Notes: a model not told the origin generated them from the sequence alone. A DNA stretch of 64,000 nt from Veleropilina oligotropha (GCA_048128005.1 JBEUKZ010000035.1:1-64000); one strand, 5' to 3'; positions 48,347 through 62,199 are shown, numbered from the stretch's first letter. Numbers and translations: made by a program.

Positions 48347-49004
48347 TTAAGTGAATATATTCCTTAAATGTAATGGTTATCAGCAGTGAAAGTAGATTTT
48401 ATGTAATTAATATTGACTTGTCGAGTTCATCACATACCTGCTACCAGTCAACTCGCTCAACAGTCAACTCATCTCATATGATTTTTTCACGGTCAATGCA
48501 TGGTACTCCAACAACGTTAGAGACTGAGTTCCTAATCAGACTATAACGGCGCAGCTAACATTTCTCACCGCTGAATGTTCTAAAAGTAGTAAAGCCGAAA
48601 ATAACGGCCTGTATCCAAAAATAATAAATTTCAATAAAGTAACAACAGTTTTATCACTTAGCCTACTTGCATCCCTTATACAAAATGTCATAACATGCTG
48701 CCTCAATTTTGTTACCGTGACGCAAAAGATACTTTGAAGCACAAAACGGATGTTTTTTTAACTTTTAGAATGTAATTAAATCTACAGCAACGATGAAAAG
48801 AGCTTCGCCATACATTCCTGTTCAAAGTGGTGGAGGGATTGATGCCGGCTATACCCCCTTAACAATTCCTTACCCATATTAAAGAAAAACGCAGAGTTCG
48901 AGCCCGACAATTGAATGATATCATAGCTTCCAACATTGTTGAAAATTCAGTAACAAACAACCAGCGGTGTTTTAAACCAATAATTAAGTGGACGAACAAT
49001 CAAT

Positions 49005-49185
49005 TTGAAGCAGTCCTTCTTCCCCAGGACAATAATATCTACTGGAATAAATTACTGGATACTCAAGTCCAGCCAACTACTGTGGAGACATTTAAGTCTC
49101 ACCTTCACAGTCACTACTTTCATGCACTCCCCCCATGGTCGATCACATACCAGAAGTGGCTTTTCGGCGTACCCAAACAGATACA
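49005..49185 (+). mobile_element. Short 3' remnant of a CR1/L2-group LINE
   Basis: KQSFFPRTI and YWNKL...TVETFKSHL split across two frames. Confidence 0.55.
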
Positions 49186-49912
49186 GATAGGGATACAAAA
49201 GGCGGATAATTTGGTACTTGTGTTAATGTAACCACCGCATAAAGCAAGATGGCGTCCTTTACCTGTAAAGTGCGGTTTTGACAAAAAATATTTACCCTCA
49301 TTGATGGTAAGGAAATAGATCATACATTTTCATTTGAACATATTGATCGGCATAAAAGAACGATGTGATTATTTATTCGCTGCTTTATTTACATCATGTA
49401 TTGTTACATGTTAAACAACATGGCAATTCATCACAAGGAACAAAGGGAACTAACTCAAGGAGTATTATATGTCGCTAAATATCATAATATTGACACATTA
49501 ATAACAGTAGTATATTGTGTTAACATAAATGTGCTCAGAATTAAAGTGTTTTGTATAATTGCTGGCAGGGATGTGACCACACTGGGTGGCCCCACCCGAC
49601 AGTCTTGGCTACCACCCGGCACAAACAAAAAATATTTAGATTTCCACCCAACACTATATTTGAATATTTTATGTTAAAACAAGCATATATACACTTTAAT
49701 TGTACATTTGTAATATACACTGAAAATGTATGATATAATGTCGCTCAAATATAAGGAATTTGCTTTTGAGATGCATAATATTTGTAAAATAATTGACAAT
49801 GACATTGATGATTGAAAATTATTATACCCAGCACTCCGCAATTCCTGGGCACATCCCATCCCTGTGCAGGTAAATATATTTCAATGAAGAGAATAATTGG
49901 TTAAGATTTTAA

Positions 49913-50343
49913 AGAGACTATTGTCCGTAAATTCGCTCTTTTTAAAAAGAAATCTAACCACATTACACTTTTTGTTTATAACATAAAATGTTAGGAATTT
50001 TCAAAACTTAACTTTCGTCAGTAATTTTCTACAGTTTAAATTAATCGCTACTGAAAATTTAAAAATAATTAAAAGCGGTCTGCTTGTAATTATCTCGCAC
50101 ATAGTTCATTTCCAATTGACCTAGTTGGAGCATAGTTGCGTATGTTTCTTCTCGTCATGTAAGATAGCTTGACAACAATATTATATATATTGCCCAGTTA
50201 CAATAATAATTTCAATAAAGTCTATCATTTCATCATATAATATCAATCATATCGTCGCAAAATTTATATCAATCTGTGCGATAGAGGGTGATCAGTCATG
50301 CTACACAGTCACGAAAAGAGTGCATTTACGGGCAATAGTCTCT
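49913..50343 (-). mobile_element. Kolobok-like TTAA MITE, third copy, reverse orientation
   Basis: Same TIRs; interior is the reverse complement of 1726-2179. Confidence 0.8.
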
Positions 50344-51768
50344 TTATGTGAAATTATCAGTATATTCATTCAGTATATGTTAAAATGATATCCGGAAGTT
50401 TCGCAACTAAACCAACCTGTTCGTCGAAAGACGTTTCGTCGCATTTTACAGTAAAAGGTTCGTCGATCGACCATTTTATCGATCCAGTTCGTCGAATTTT
50501 CGATGAAAAGTCTTTTACTTATTAAATTAGCTTTCCTTGCTTGTATAAAATTTAAATAACAATATTATAAACTAATTAACCTTCACACATTGGCATGCGC
50601 TGTAGTCTTATTGTTTATATAACAATTGAATAATGACTGCAGTGTTGAAGACAATGAAATGAATGTTGAATAAGAACGGACTCGTCAAATTCAATTCCAG
50701 TGTTTATACTGCAATTATCATTTACTGACAAACAATTTGCAATTATTTACAAAACAGACATCCATGAAGCTCAACAACACTCGAATACGCAGAAATAAGG
50801 AGTAGGCCTATTTATTTTATGCGACAAGGGAAATAATATAACAAAAGGCCTACATATGTCGTGAGATTTTGAGATCACTGGTTCGATTCCCAAAATATTT
50901 TATGTATTGTTTTGTTATTACGTAAGTTGTGTTACGATTTGTGATTACAGTAATATTTATATTATTGTAATTCATATTGTTCGTATACATTTCTGACTTT
51001 CACCATCATGTTCCTTAGCCCCGGGGCAAGGGTTTGCAATCTCTTCGGATTGCCCTTGTTTTAATTATTTATTCATGATTTTTTTATTTTGTTTTCCTTT
51101 TGTAGGTCTATATATAAAGTGACAACTGGAATCGTGTCAATTTCCAATGAAAAGATGACCATCTTCAGTGTCTTGCAGACCAAGTCACGTGACGTGCTAA
51201 CAAATAAGATGAAAGCGCAGTAAATGATGTGTAACTGGCAATATACTCAAATGGTACATGACCATGATGTCCCAATAAGCAACACATAGCGATTATGCTC
51301 CCAATGCAATCAACTGAACGTATGTGCCAAGATGTCTACAAGCCTCTGTAATCCACATAAGTGACAGTTTATGAATACAGGACAGGAGAGAAAACAACGC
51401 AATGTCATTTGTGTGACGAGACATTTTCACAGAAGTCCAGTCCTGACTTAAACCAAGTCCACACTGGTAGAACTCCATATCAATGTATTGTGTGCACTCC
51501 GACATTTTCAAAGGCAAGAAGTCTCAATCCACATAGAAGATAATTTGCATCAATGTGAAGGGTGCAAGCAGAAATTTTCACAAACAAGTCATTGTAAGGA
51601 CAAAGATGCTAGTTCATACTGGGGAGAAACAGTTTCAATGTGGGGTGTGCACTCAGACATTTTCAAAAGGAGACGATGTTAAGCGGCACATGTTAGTTCA
51701 TTCTGGTGAAAAACCGTATCAATGTGTTTTGTGTAATTACTAATAAGACCAGTCACCTTAACGAACAC

Positions 51769-53475
51769 ATGCGAATCCAGACTGGAGAGAAACCGTATCA
51801 ATGCCATATGTGTAACGCGACTTTTTCACAAGCAAGTCAAGATATGGAGCACATGGTAGTTCATACTGGTCATAAACGGCTCCAATGTGTTTTCTGTAAT
51901 AAGACGTTTTCACGAGCAAGTCATGTTAAAAGACACATCCTAAGTCATACTGGCGAGAAACCGTATCAATGCAATATGTGTAATGCGACTTTTTCACAAG
52001 CAAGCAAAGTTAAGGTGCACATGTTTGTTCATACTGTTGATAAACCATATCAATGTATTTTTTGCAATAAGATGTTTCCACAAGCAAGTAGTCTTAAAAG
52101 GCACATGGAAACCCATACTGGAGAGAAACCGTATCAATGTGTGTTGTGCAATAAGACGTTTTCACGATCAAGTACTCTTAACAATCACATGCACATCCAT
52201 ACAGGAGAGAAACCATATCATTGTGTTTTGTGTAATAAGACATTTTCAGATACAGGTACCCTTAGGAAGCACACACGAGTCCATACTGGTGAAAAACCAT
52301 ATCAATGTGTGTTGTGTGATAAGACTTTTTCACGAGCATGCAGTCTTAAGGCGCACATGCTAGTTCATACTGGAGAGAAACCGTATCAATGCAGTATGTG
52401 TAGTAAGACGTTTTCACGAGCAAGTCGTGTTAAGAGACACATCCTAAGTCATACTGGAGAGAAACCGTATCAATGCAATATGTGTAATGCGACGTTTTCA
52501 CAAGCAAGTCATGTTAAGAGGCACATCCTAAGTCATACTGGAGAGAAACCGTATCAATGCAATATGTGTAATGCGACTTTTTCACAAGCAAGCAAAGTTA
52601 AGGTGCACATGTTTGTTCATACTGTTGATAAACCATATCAATGTGTTTTTTGCAATAAGATGTTTCCACAAGCATTTAGTCTTAAGAGGCACATGAAAAC
52701 CCATACTGGAGAGAAACCGTATCAATGTGTGTTGTGCAATAAGACGTTTTCACGATCAAGTACTCTTAACAATCACATGCAAATCCATACAGGAGAGAAA
52801 CCATATCATTGTGTTTTGTGTAATAAGACATTTTCAGATACAGGTACCCTTAGGAAGCACACACGAGTCCATACTGGTGAAAAACCGTATCAATGTGTGT
52901 TGTGTGATAAGACGTTTTCACAATCGAGCAGTCTTAAGGCACACATGTATATCCATACTGGAGAGAAACCATATCATTGTGGTTTGTGTAATAAGATATT
53001 TTCAGATGCATGTGGCCTTAGGAAGCACACACGAGTCCATACTGGTGAAAAACCATATCAATGTGTGTTGTGTGATAAGACGTTTTCACAAGCATGCAGT
53101 CTTAAGGCACACATGTATATCCATACTGGAGAGAAACCATATCAATGCAATATGTGTAATAAGACGTTTTCACAAGCAGTTCATCTTAAGACGCACGTGG
53201 TAGTTCATACTGGCGAGAAACCGTATCATTGTGTTTTCTGTAATAAGAAATATACAGATGCAAGTAATATTAATAGGCACGTAAGAGCGGTCCATACTGG
53301 AGCGAAACTGCATCGATGTGTTTTGTGTAATACGACATTTTCTGAGGCAAGTGATCTTAAGAGGCACATGCGTATTCATACTGAGGAGAAACAGTTTCAG
53401 TGTGGGGTGTGCTCTCAGACATTCGCACAAGGATGTGATGTTAAGCAGCACATGTTACTCCATGTTAATCCGTAA
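51769..53475 (+). CDS. Tandem C2H2 zinc-finger ORF (20 fingers); upstream fingers at 51370-51750 are frameshifted
   Basis: 20 CxxC...HxxxH units with TGEKPY linkers; candidate acceptor ccttttgtag near 51106; may be a pseudogene. Confidence 0.85.
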   Translation: MRIQTGEKPYQCHMCNATFSQASQDMEHMVVHTGHKRLQCVFCNKTFSRASHVKRHILSHTGEKPYQCNMCNATFSQASKVKVHMFVHTVDKPYQCIFCNKMFPQASSLKRHMETHTGEKPYQCVLCNKTFSRSSTLNNHMHIHTGEKPYHCVLCNKTFSDTGTLRKHTRVHTGEKPYQCVLCDKTFSRACSLKAHMLVHTGEKPYQCSMCSKTFSRASRVKRHILSHTGEKPYQCNMCNATFSQASHVKRHILSHTGEKPYQCNMCNATFSQASKVKVHMFVHTVDKPYQCVFCNKMFPQAFSLKRHMKTHTGEKPYQCVLCNKTFSRSSTLNNHMQIHTGEKPYHCVLCNKTFSDTGTLRKHTRVHTGEKPYQCVLCDKTFSQSSSLKAHMYIHTGEKPYHCGLCNKIFSDACGLRKHTRVHTGEKPYQCVLCDKTFSQACSLKAHMYIHTGEKPYQCNMCNKTFSQAVHLKTHVVVHTGEKPYHCVFCNKKYTDASNINRHVRAVHTGAKLHRCVLCNTTFSEASDLKRHMRIHTEEKQFQCGVCSQTFAQGCDVKQHMLLHVNP

Positions 53476-53729
53476 TGGTGAGAAACTATACAATGCATTT
53501 TGTGTAATCATAAATTTTCAAGTGCATCTTGTCTCTGGACTCGCATGTCCATACGGGAGAAAGTTCACAAAGGTGTGCAGTGTAATCAGACACTGCCATT
53601 TTAAGTAACCATAAAATGCACCTCTCGTATATACTGTTAAGAAGTTAGTTTATAATACAACAACAATGGAGAATGGTAAACCTTGAAACAGTGAATGATT
53701 ATTATGCAAGTCAATTGCATTACTATATG

Positions 53730-55228
53730 CAGGGCTGGGCAAATCCACTAGCCCGACGCCCGGGACTAGTAAAAAAACGCAAATTATGGAGTCGGGCTAG
53801 CGTATTTATATATCGAGATAGCCCGCGGACTAGTATGTTTGTTTGCAGCAAAAAATAAATGATATATTGCAATTGCAGTAATTATCATAGATGTGATACC
53901 TTAGCGGGAGTAAATTACTGACGAAATATGAATCACAAATGTAATGACCAACTACGGGAATTACAGATTATTATATGGCCTACTCAGTACTCGTCAGAAT
54001 CTCACATAAAGTCAATGTTAACATCGTCGGTAAACATGAACCAATAAACTTTCAAATGCTAAATATTAATTTATTAACATACATCAAGCTCCTTGTCTTT
54101 ACTTTCCTTGGTAATCCATTTTCATTGACTTAAAAGTCCAGAAACAACACTCAAAGTGTTCCTTTGTTGAACTCGACGAATGTTTGACAGTAACTTTTTT
54201 GTTTTGACATGCAAAAACTCCATGTGCTTTTGTGTAGTAATTTCGGAACTACTTTCACATTCATTGATAGATTTCAAATAGTCCCTCAAATTATCGCACC
54301 ATTTGCGGAAATGTCGCTTGTAATATGAACAAAAGCACTTCTAATTTAACAGAAGAATTGTATTGGGCTGTTTCTGGAATAATTACTTTCTGAATGAAGG
54401 GATTAAATCCAGCTTGGGTTGCTGAATGCAGGTCCCATTACAATTGACCTATATTAAGTAATGCGTGTTTTATTGGCAGTATTGTTTAGATAGGCTTAGT
54501 AGAGGCTTCGTCATGTGCCAATCAAAACAAGGATTGCTGGCATACTAGTATTTGAAGAAATACTCGTACAATTATTGGGAATTTATTATATAGTGTACGT
54601 GCATAAGCTAATATTTTTATATATATTGCAACATTGAACAAGTTATTTCAAACTAATCAATGCTGATATAAAATGTGAATTCATTTATAAAATTCTAACA
54701 TAATATATTATTCTTTTGAATGTGTTTGATGACTGTGCACAAACAAAAGTTAACATTTGCACATAATTTGTAATTTTCTGCTATATATGTTAAATACAAT
54801 ACAGACAATAAAAATAAATCAACAATTAAAAAGAAATGATGAAATTACTTGGAAATTCCTTAAAATTACCAAAATCTCAAGAAATGCAATAGCATCATAT
54901 AGTACATGCACATCATCATGCGTCTTGGTTTAATATATTTACCTCACTGCAGTGCTAATATTTAGTTATTTTCCAATGGCGATACTGTCTTGTTGAATGA
55001 TAATCGACTTAAAACCATATGATACATATTACTACAAATTTTTTCTATTTGTTCAACTATATTGTTTTTGTTGATTTAATATATTGCTATTGTTCTGTAT
55101 AATATACACATTTGAATCTTTTTTTGTGTCATAAAAGTCGGGCTAGTATAAAATAGAGCAGGGCTAGTGAAAATTGGAATCTAACTAGCCCTGGGCTAGT
55201 GTAAAATTTTGAGATTTGTCCAGCCCTG
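53730..55228. mobile_element. Non-autonomous TIR DNA transposon (P- or hAT-like)
   Basis: TIR cagggctgggcaaatc / gatttgtccagccctg; 7-bp TSD CTATATG; subterminal gggctagt motifs at both ends. Confidence 0.8.
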
Positions 55229-57192
55229 CTATATGTCTGCCAATAACATTAGTATTGTGACCAGTAATGATTGTAACATAATTGAAACGATATTTATGAT
55301 TTGGATATTATCAGTTATCCTGTCTTTGACATGATTTATGGGGTTTTACCAACATTCAAATTCCATATACATGATTTTGAAACCCTTCAATATTCCATAT
55401 ACGGAATAGGTTAATTATTACATAATGAATATAATATAGCAACGTTAACGGAACTGGGTATATGTATGTATGCAAACAAAATACATTTGAATTTAATAGC
55501 ATATGTAGTTAATACATTTTATTGTAACACCGGACAATTGTCGGGGATAGTATGGTTTGGTCATCGTTCAGACGCCGCCGCAGAGATTTCCTGTTTTTTT
55601 TGTAGATTGGAGTTTAAATAAATGTTTTCTACATACAACAAAATTCAATTTGAGCATATGGTCGATTTGCTAGAGTTAATTCCTTGCTATAGCAGATACC
55701 ATCATAACCACCACATCCGGTGTCATGAAATAAAAATTATAGTTGTATTATTATGTATGTCAGCACATGAAAATAAACTAATTGTTGATCAAATCATTTT
55801 CTAATTTATTATGTATGTACGATTATTTAGCCTGGTATTTATTTATTTGTTTATGTATATGCATTGTTGAGCTTTAATATATTATAGAACTATCATATAT
55901 TTTGGTGGCCCATCACTTTACAAGCCCAACGGGTTTCTAGATGGTTCTCCTTGCCCATAATTTAATATTATTTTGTAAATAATATCATAGAAACATATGC
56001 GTTGTATATAATGTACTTTATTATATGCCAGTCGTTTTCTGACGCCTATTCTCGCGCAGTTTTCCGAGACCCTGTATCACGGACACAGCTGATATGGAAA
56101 CGGAAAACGTGTCCTGCTTCTATATGCACAGGAAAACGTCTTCTGCTTATATATTCAAGGAACTACTTCCAAAGCAGTCACGTGTCAAAACACAGCTGTT
56201 CACATTCAATAACGATCTGAGTGGGCAGAGGCAGACGTCATTTGATTAAAATACCATAGATGAAAATACCATAGAGAAAAATGTACAAAATTAGAAATTA
56301 ATTATTATATATTAGAATAATGTATGCACAAAATAATTATTTATAAGACTTACTTGCACAGATTAATTAGCAGTACGCCACTAACGGCGAGAATGTGTGC
56401 CCCATTTGGGCGTACAACTGTACAGGGAATACAAACGGTAGCGACCAGACGATCTTCAGAACTCACCGAAATACCCCTTTTATCTGTCCATAAACCACGC
56501 TAGAAAAGCTGCTGGTAATTGGTACAAATCTCAACCTCTTGGCGAAGGCAGTCTCCGTAATGGTAATATGCGATTATGCTCAACATTGAGCCCGGCACAT
56601 TACCGGGAGAAGAAGATATAACAAATGGCGGTCTTCATGGCAGGAAAACAAATCACGAGCTCACGTACGTTCCGAAGTCCTCCCGTACCATATACATAAT
56701 AGTCCCGTTCCAGCCAGTCCTCGAAGCAGCACTCAAATATCCTTATACACCTGCACTTTCAGCATAGCCATAACAATTAATTCAAACTCTATAAACGAAC
56801 ACGTCTGACCACGTTACTTGTTTGTTCCTTGTTCATTCGCCTAAGAAATAGTTCCCATTTAATCGCCTTAATTTAGATTCACGAAAAGCGATAGATTGTA
56901 AATAATTAGTTAAATATTATATAAATGGTATTCCTAATATATGACAGAAAAAATTTTGCTTATAAATGTGTTGTTGTAAAATATACGGCACAACGCAAAT
57001 AATTATTGTTCACTGGCCTACTGTCAAAATAGACGTAGTAAGTTTCATTCATAAAAACCGCATAACATGTATACTGTTCCACGTTGTCATATAGTTCACG
57101 TTATTTAAATTAAACCAACAATTTCTTCACATAAACTGGTTTGTATTTTTTCGGATAATAATTGACACGATTGATTGTGGCATATAATAAAA

Positions 57193-57359
57193 ATGTTATC
57201 AGTATTATGTGGATTCTGTCACCTCGGAAACCTCTCGTGAGGTCGTAGTTTTTGCGGCGGATTAATCGCTCGAACTTCGTTCTCGCGATTAATCCGCCGC
57301 AAAAACTACGACGTCACTCGAGGTTTCCGAGGTGACAGAATCCACACAATACTGATAAC
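57193..57359. mobile_element. Fold-back hairpin element; its right arm continues at 58175 beyond an insertion
   Basis: ~77-bp inverted arms around a 15-nt loop. Confidence 0.75.
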
Positions 57360-58168
57360 TATGGCGCGGAATCAGTGTCAAAATTATTGATTTTAGCCAT
57401 GGCATAAATATTTCAGCCATGGCTGAATTCGATTTAAGCCATGGCTGAAATAATTTAGCAATGGCTGAAATAATGCAGCCATGGCTGAAATCGAATTCAG
57501 CCATGGCTGAAATATTTATGCCATGGCAAAATTAACTCATATCATTTTTAACAACCAATAGCAAGCAAGCTACTATCGGGCTATCGATCATCGCAAAGAT
57601 GCACGTAACTGTATATATAATTATTAAATGTACGTAGGCTCATATTTTCCAAGACTACGGCACAAAAACAAAACAGCAAGAGAGTTTCTATTCTAATGTG
57701 TGTTCTGGTCTTAGAATGTACAGAAACTGATCAAATTGTTTCACACTAATAATATTGTGATAATTAAGGCAGTGAGTTGACCAAATGGTCATGGTCCAGC
57801 TACAGTGGCATAATTTCCCATTAAGGTCATTACCACCAGACTAACGGTCACTATACACACATCGGCCTCTAGAGCTGTGTTGGTAATTTGACGACAGCTA
57901 GTGCCTTGCTTGAAACTCCAATATTGATTGGACAGACAAACTTTATTTCAGCAATGGCTTAAATAGTTCATATTATTTTAGCCATGGCTAAATTATTTCA
58001 GCCATGGCTGAATCATTTTTGCCATGGCTAAATGATTTCAGCCATCGCTAGATTATTTCAGCCATGGCTGAAATCTAATTCAGCCATGGCTGAAATCTAA
58101 TTCAGCCATGGCTGAAACATTTATGCCATGGCTAAAATCAATAATTTTGACACTGATTCCGCGCCATA
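57360..58168. mobile_element. Non-autonomous IS3EU-like element
   Basis: TIR TATGGCGCGGAATCAGTGTCAAAATTATTGATTTTAGCCATGGCATAAA; 6-bp TSD GATAAC; subterminal agccatggct repeats. Confidence 0.85.
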
Positions 58169-58275
58169 GATAACATCATTATAATATCACTGCTATTGTA
58201 TTTTTTGGCTAAATAAATCTTTGATCGATTGATTGATACGTTCTCAAGTGCAGTGTGATAGTATATAGTATATTG

Positions 58276-58616
58276 TATAACAATTTTTGGCGCTTTTTCG
58301 GTACTTCTCCAAGGTCCGGCTTTTACTCAACTTTGGAAATCCGGTTGTTCATCTCCGATAAAAGCACGACTTTGGACGCGTCGTTAATGTTAAATCCATG
58401 GGGACTAGCAGCAGGTGAACCTCGGTCAGTCCAGGCTCACGGGGCGGTCCGGTGTATATATATACGTTTGTAAAGCCAATACAACTACGTACCCATCACG
58501 TGCAGGCAGATAATACGCGGACTGTGAAAATTTAAGACGAATGCAAGCCGGAGCTCCTTAAATATGTATAAAACCGGATATGTGGGGAAGTACCGAAAGA
58601 GCACCCAATTTGTTAT
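58276..58616. mobile_element. Old MITE-like element with imperfect inverted ends
   Basis: tttcggtacttctcca..tccgg versus ccgga..tggggaagtaccgaaa. Confidence 0.5.
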
Positions 58617-59149
58617 CATTTAAATAAGGCACAGTAGACGGTACTCAAGTTTTTATAGATGAATAACCATGTTATTGGAATGAACTGAACAAAACATATC
58701 ATTGAGCAGATGCTGACATTCTTGTATTTTCCCGCAACATCAGGTGACCATCCCGTATTTTCCCGCAACATCATGTGATCAGTGGCCCAGGCCTTGCCGT
58801 TTGAGGCGCGTGACAGCGATCTCTCGTCAAAACAAGTCGTTAAGGAGAAAATTATCGCGCGCCTAAAATTTGCTTGAATTACAGAAAATATTGATAATCT
58901 CCATGCATAAGTTACTTTACCAATTGCATAATGTTAAAGTTCCCACCCATAACCCCACTTAAACATGTCAATGTGCATTTTTCGGCACACATGGCGCTCT
59001 CAGCATCCCTCTTTAGCTCAATGTATCGACGTGTTTAATAGGCCTGTATATTTACCGACTTGTTAGTGACTTGGCGTCGCGACCTCATTAACATTAATAA
59101 CGAACGAAGATCGTCCTATAGATTCGAGAGAGACATGACCACAATGTAT

Positions 59150-59800
59150 ACACATACCTGTGCATACCTTGCAACTTGAACCGGATATATTGGTTGAAAA
59201 TAATTCGCGATGAGAACACGTTACTATATAAAGTGTACATCATTATGAGACAGCGCTGCGAAGTTCGTAGTGTGACTAGCTGGGCTTCGTGTGTGCGTGA
59301 TTTTTTGTTCCAGTTACGGTTAAACAACTTGGTACGAACAATTAAGATACAATTAACTCACCCTAGCATTATGATTACTATTCAACGTTTGCAATATCAA
59401 TTAAACAATGCTGGCAAACTCTATCAAAACTACGCAATTAAACAACATACAAACATAATATGAATTTTGAAAAATATTTGTATTTGCGTAACTGTGAGAG
59501 CACAAAGTTGATAGCAGAATTCAGACTTAGCACTTGCAAATTAGAAATAAAAGGTAGATTTCTTGGAATGCTGCAGGAAAATACTAGGTTATGTCAGCAT
59601 TGTACGCAACACGTCATTGAAGACGAATATCGCTTTATCATGGTGTGCCGTAATTATAAGGATATCAGATTGAAATATTTTCAATACTTCACTAGATGGT
59701 CATCAATACAAAATACTAATACATTTAATGTCATCAGATTCTCTGAAAGTACTGTCAAGACTTGGCCTCTTTTTAAAACACGCGCTTGTCAAACCGTCCT
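59150..59800 (+). pseudogene. Decayed 3' end of a LINE ORF2
   Basis: FRLSTCKLEI.GRF...RLCQHC...IEDEYRFIMVC..Y..IR, a typical C-terminal finger region. Confidence 0.65.
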
Positions 59801-59995
59801 GGAATACGTAACAGTTGCAAATTGGATACGATTATACACCTCAACATCATATTAAATTATAGTAATACTGTTTTCATAATGTATACAAAACATACAAATA
59901 TGTATGCATATATACTTATGTGTATATCTATGAATGTGAACACTATAAATGAATGAACATGTAAAAACAGTGCAATGCTCCTTCGTTTATTATAA

Positions 59996-60606
59996 CTAGC
60001 AATGGTACCCGTCTTCGCCGGGTAAGTCCCCCCACCCCAATTTTTTTTTTTTTTTTTTTTGGATAGTGCTCCCTTAATTTTTTTGTTTTTCCCGAATTTT
60101 CCGAATTTTTTTCGTGGTAAACCTTCCTTGGGGGACCCCGATTAACCCCCCAAAGTTTGAAGGTCCTAGGTCAAAGCGTCTGGGAGGAGTTCAACTTGAA
60201 ACAGACACACACACATAAAATTATAGCTCCATTATATGAAGATATATAGTAAATTTTTTTTTGTTTCCCGAATTTTCCGAATTTTTTTCGTGGTAAACCT
60301 TCCTTGGGGGACCCCGATTAACCCCCCAAAGTTTGAAGGTCCTAGGTCAAAGCGTCTGGGAGGAGTTCAACTTGAAACAGACACACACACATAAAATTAT
60401 AGCTCCATTATATGAAGATATATAGTAAAAAAAATTTTGTTTCCCGAATTTTCCGATTTTTTTTCGTGGTAAACCTTCCTTGGGGGACCCCGATTAACCC
60501 CCCAAAGTTTGAAGGTCCTAGGTCAAAGCGTCTGGGAGGAGTTCAACTTGAAACAGACAGACAGACAGACACGCCCGCATACAATTATAGCTCCATTATA
60601 TTAAGA
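59996..60606 (-). mobile_element. Non-autonomous Helitron with an internal ~176-bp x3 tandem repeat
   Basis: Minus strand starts TC after an A and ends with hairpin acccggcgaagacgggt plus CTAG before a T; units start at ~60090, 60266 and 60442; (ACAG)/(AC) microsatellite. Confidence 0.8.
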
Positions 60607-60947
60607 TTATGAATATAACAACGATTTTCATTTTATGTAATTATGTAATGTAATGTAATTATGTACAAATATTTGTGATTGGTAAAAACAAAATACTTGT
60701 TTAATGCCGGAATAAAATTTAAATATGAAAAAAAAACTGAAAATTGAACGTAAATAAATACATCACCGCATAAGTAACTTGTTAATAAACAAGTGAGTAA
60801 AATTCACTCACAATTAAGTTTAGCCATTTATCATTTCATTAAATTATCACATCGCACGAAATTCATAAACACTTTACCGTTACAAGTAAAACAAGTTGAA
60901 TCGCTAATTGAAGTTTCATGTCACAAAAGTAGTACCTATGAGTCTAC

Positions 60948-61500
60948 ACGACATGTTACGTTTTCCTATACCCGCCCCCCATGTGTAATGATTCTGGGCG
61001 ACACATTGCGTTTTCCTATACCCGCCCCCCATGTGTAATGATTCCACGCGACACATTGCGTTTTCCTATACCTTCCCTATGTATGATTCTGGGCGACACA
61101 TTGCATTTTGCTATACCTGTGCTGTTACTGGGCGACACATTGCGTTTTGCTATACCTGTGCTGTTACTGGGCGACACATTGCGTTTTCCTATACCCACAT
61201 GCGACACATTGCGTTTTCCTATACCTTCCCTATGTATGATTCTGGGCGACACATTGCATTTTGCTATACCTGTGCTGTTACTGGGCGACATGTTACGTTT
61301 TCCTATACCCGCCCCCTATATGTGTTGTTACTGGGCGACACATTGCGTTTTCCTATACCCACCTGCGACACATTGCGTTTTCCTATACCTTCCCTATGTA
61401 TGATTCTGGGCGACACATTGCATTTTGCTATACCTGTGCTGTTACTGGGCGACACATTGCGTTTTCCTATACCCACATGCGACACATTGCGTTTTGCTAT
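60948..61500 (+). repeat. Subterminal 24-34 bp tandem repeats with higher-order structure (probably within the Polinton TIR)
   Basis: gcgacacattgcgttttcctatacc core repeated about 17 times. Confidence 0.9.
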
Positions 61501-61653
61501 GCGTGTATTTGACGAATCGGCGTTGAGTATGAATTACCCCACCTAATACGAACCAATCAAAACAATAATTGTTAATATTATATGTGGGTTTCAAAATGGT
61601 ATAAAAAGTGTGAATAGTCTTTCAATCTCCACTATGTCAGTAATACCTAGAAG

Positions 61654-62199
61654 ATGGAATCAAAATCAGTCAGTCCTTTGGTCGAGAGATGTCGCCTCGA
61701 AATTGGAGGGGGTGTATTTGTGACGGGAACTCCATGGCGCGACGAATTACTTATTCATATACGTGCGTACGACACTAAAGGAAAGTTATTTCCAACGAAA
61801 CATGGCATAGCGCTCATGTTGAAGCAATGGATCGAGTTGGATGGGTACGTTAAGACAATCGACGAGACCTTGTTGGGATTAACTCAAGGGAAGGAAGAAA
61901 AACTATTCGTCCACCTCGGTGCGAATGTTCACGTTAGCGTGGATAAAAAGTACACGGGTGTAAATATACGTCAGTGGTGGTGGTGCGCAGAGTCCGATTC
62001 TATCAAACCGTCAAAAAAGGGGATTTTCCTGTCTTTGAAACAGTGGGAAAAGTTGAAAGATGCTATCGTTATCCTGCCTGATTTTGTTCCCGAACTTAAA
62101 ACGACTACTCCGTGCGCAATTCAACAGGATCACCAGAACCATATGGGTTATCTGCAGTGTTCGTTTTGCAATCCCAATGGATGTGATACGTGGAAATAA
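61654..62199 (+). CDS. PC4-like ssDNA-binding protein with two PC4 repeats and a C-terminal Cys/His cluster
   Basis: IHIRAY...PTKHGIAL...QW..L and VNIRQWW...PSKKGIFLSLKQWEKL match the PC4 pattern IR.Y...P.KKGI.L...QW..L. Confidence 0.75.
   Translation: MESKSVSPLVERCRLEIGGGVFVTGTPWRDELLIHIRAYDTKGKLFPTKHGIALMLKQWIELDGYVKTIDETLLGLTQGKEEKLFVHLGANVHVSVDKKYTGVNIRQWWWCAESDSIKPSKKGIFLSLKQWEKLKDAIVILPDFVPELKTTTPCAIQQDHQNHMGYLQCSFCNPNGCDTWK

Noticed and set aside
49240..49315. YY1-like AAGATGGCG followed by a gtaagg donor-like site, as a possible first exon of the ZF gene
   Set aside because: Short motifs only; cannot be supported without transcript data
60981..61546. ORFs of 83-171 aa in several frames
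   Set aside because: Products of the Polinton subterminal tandem repeat
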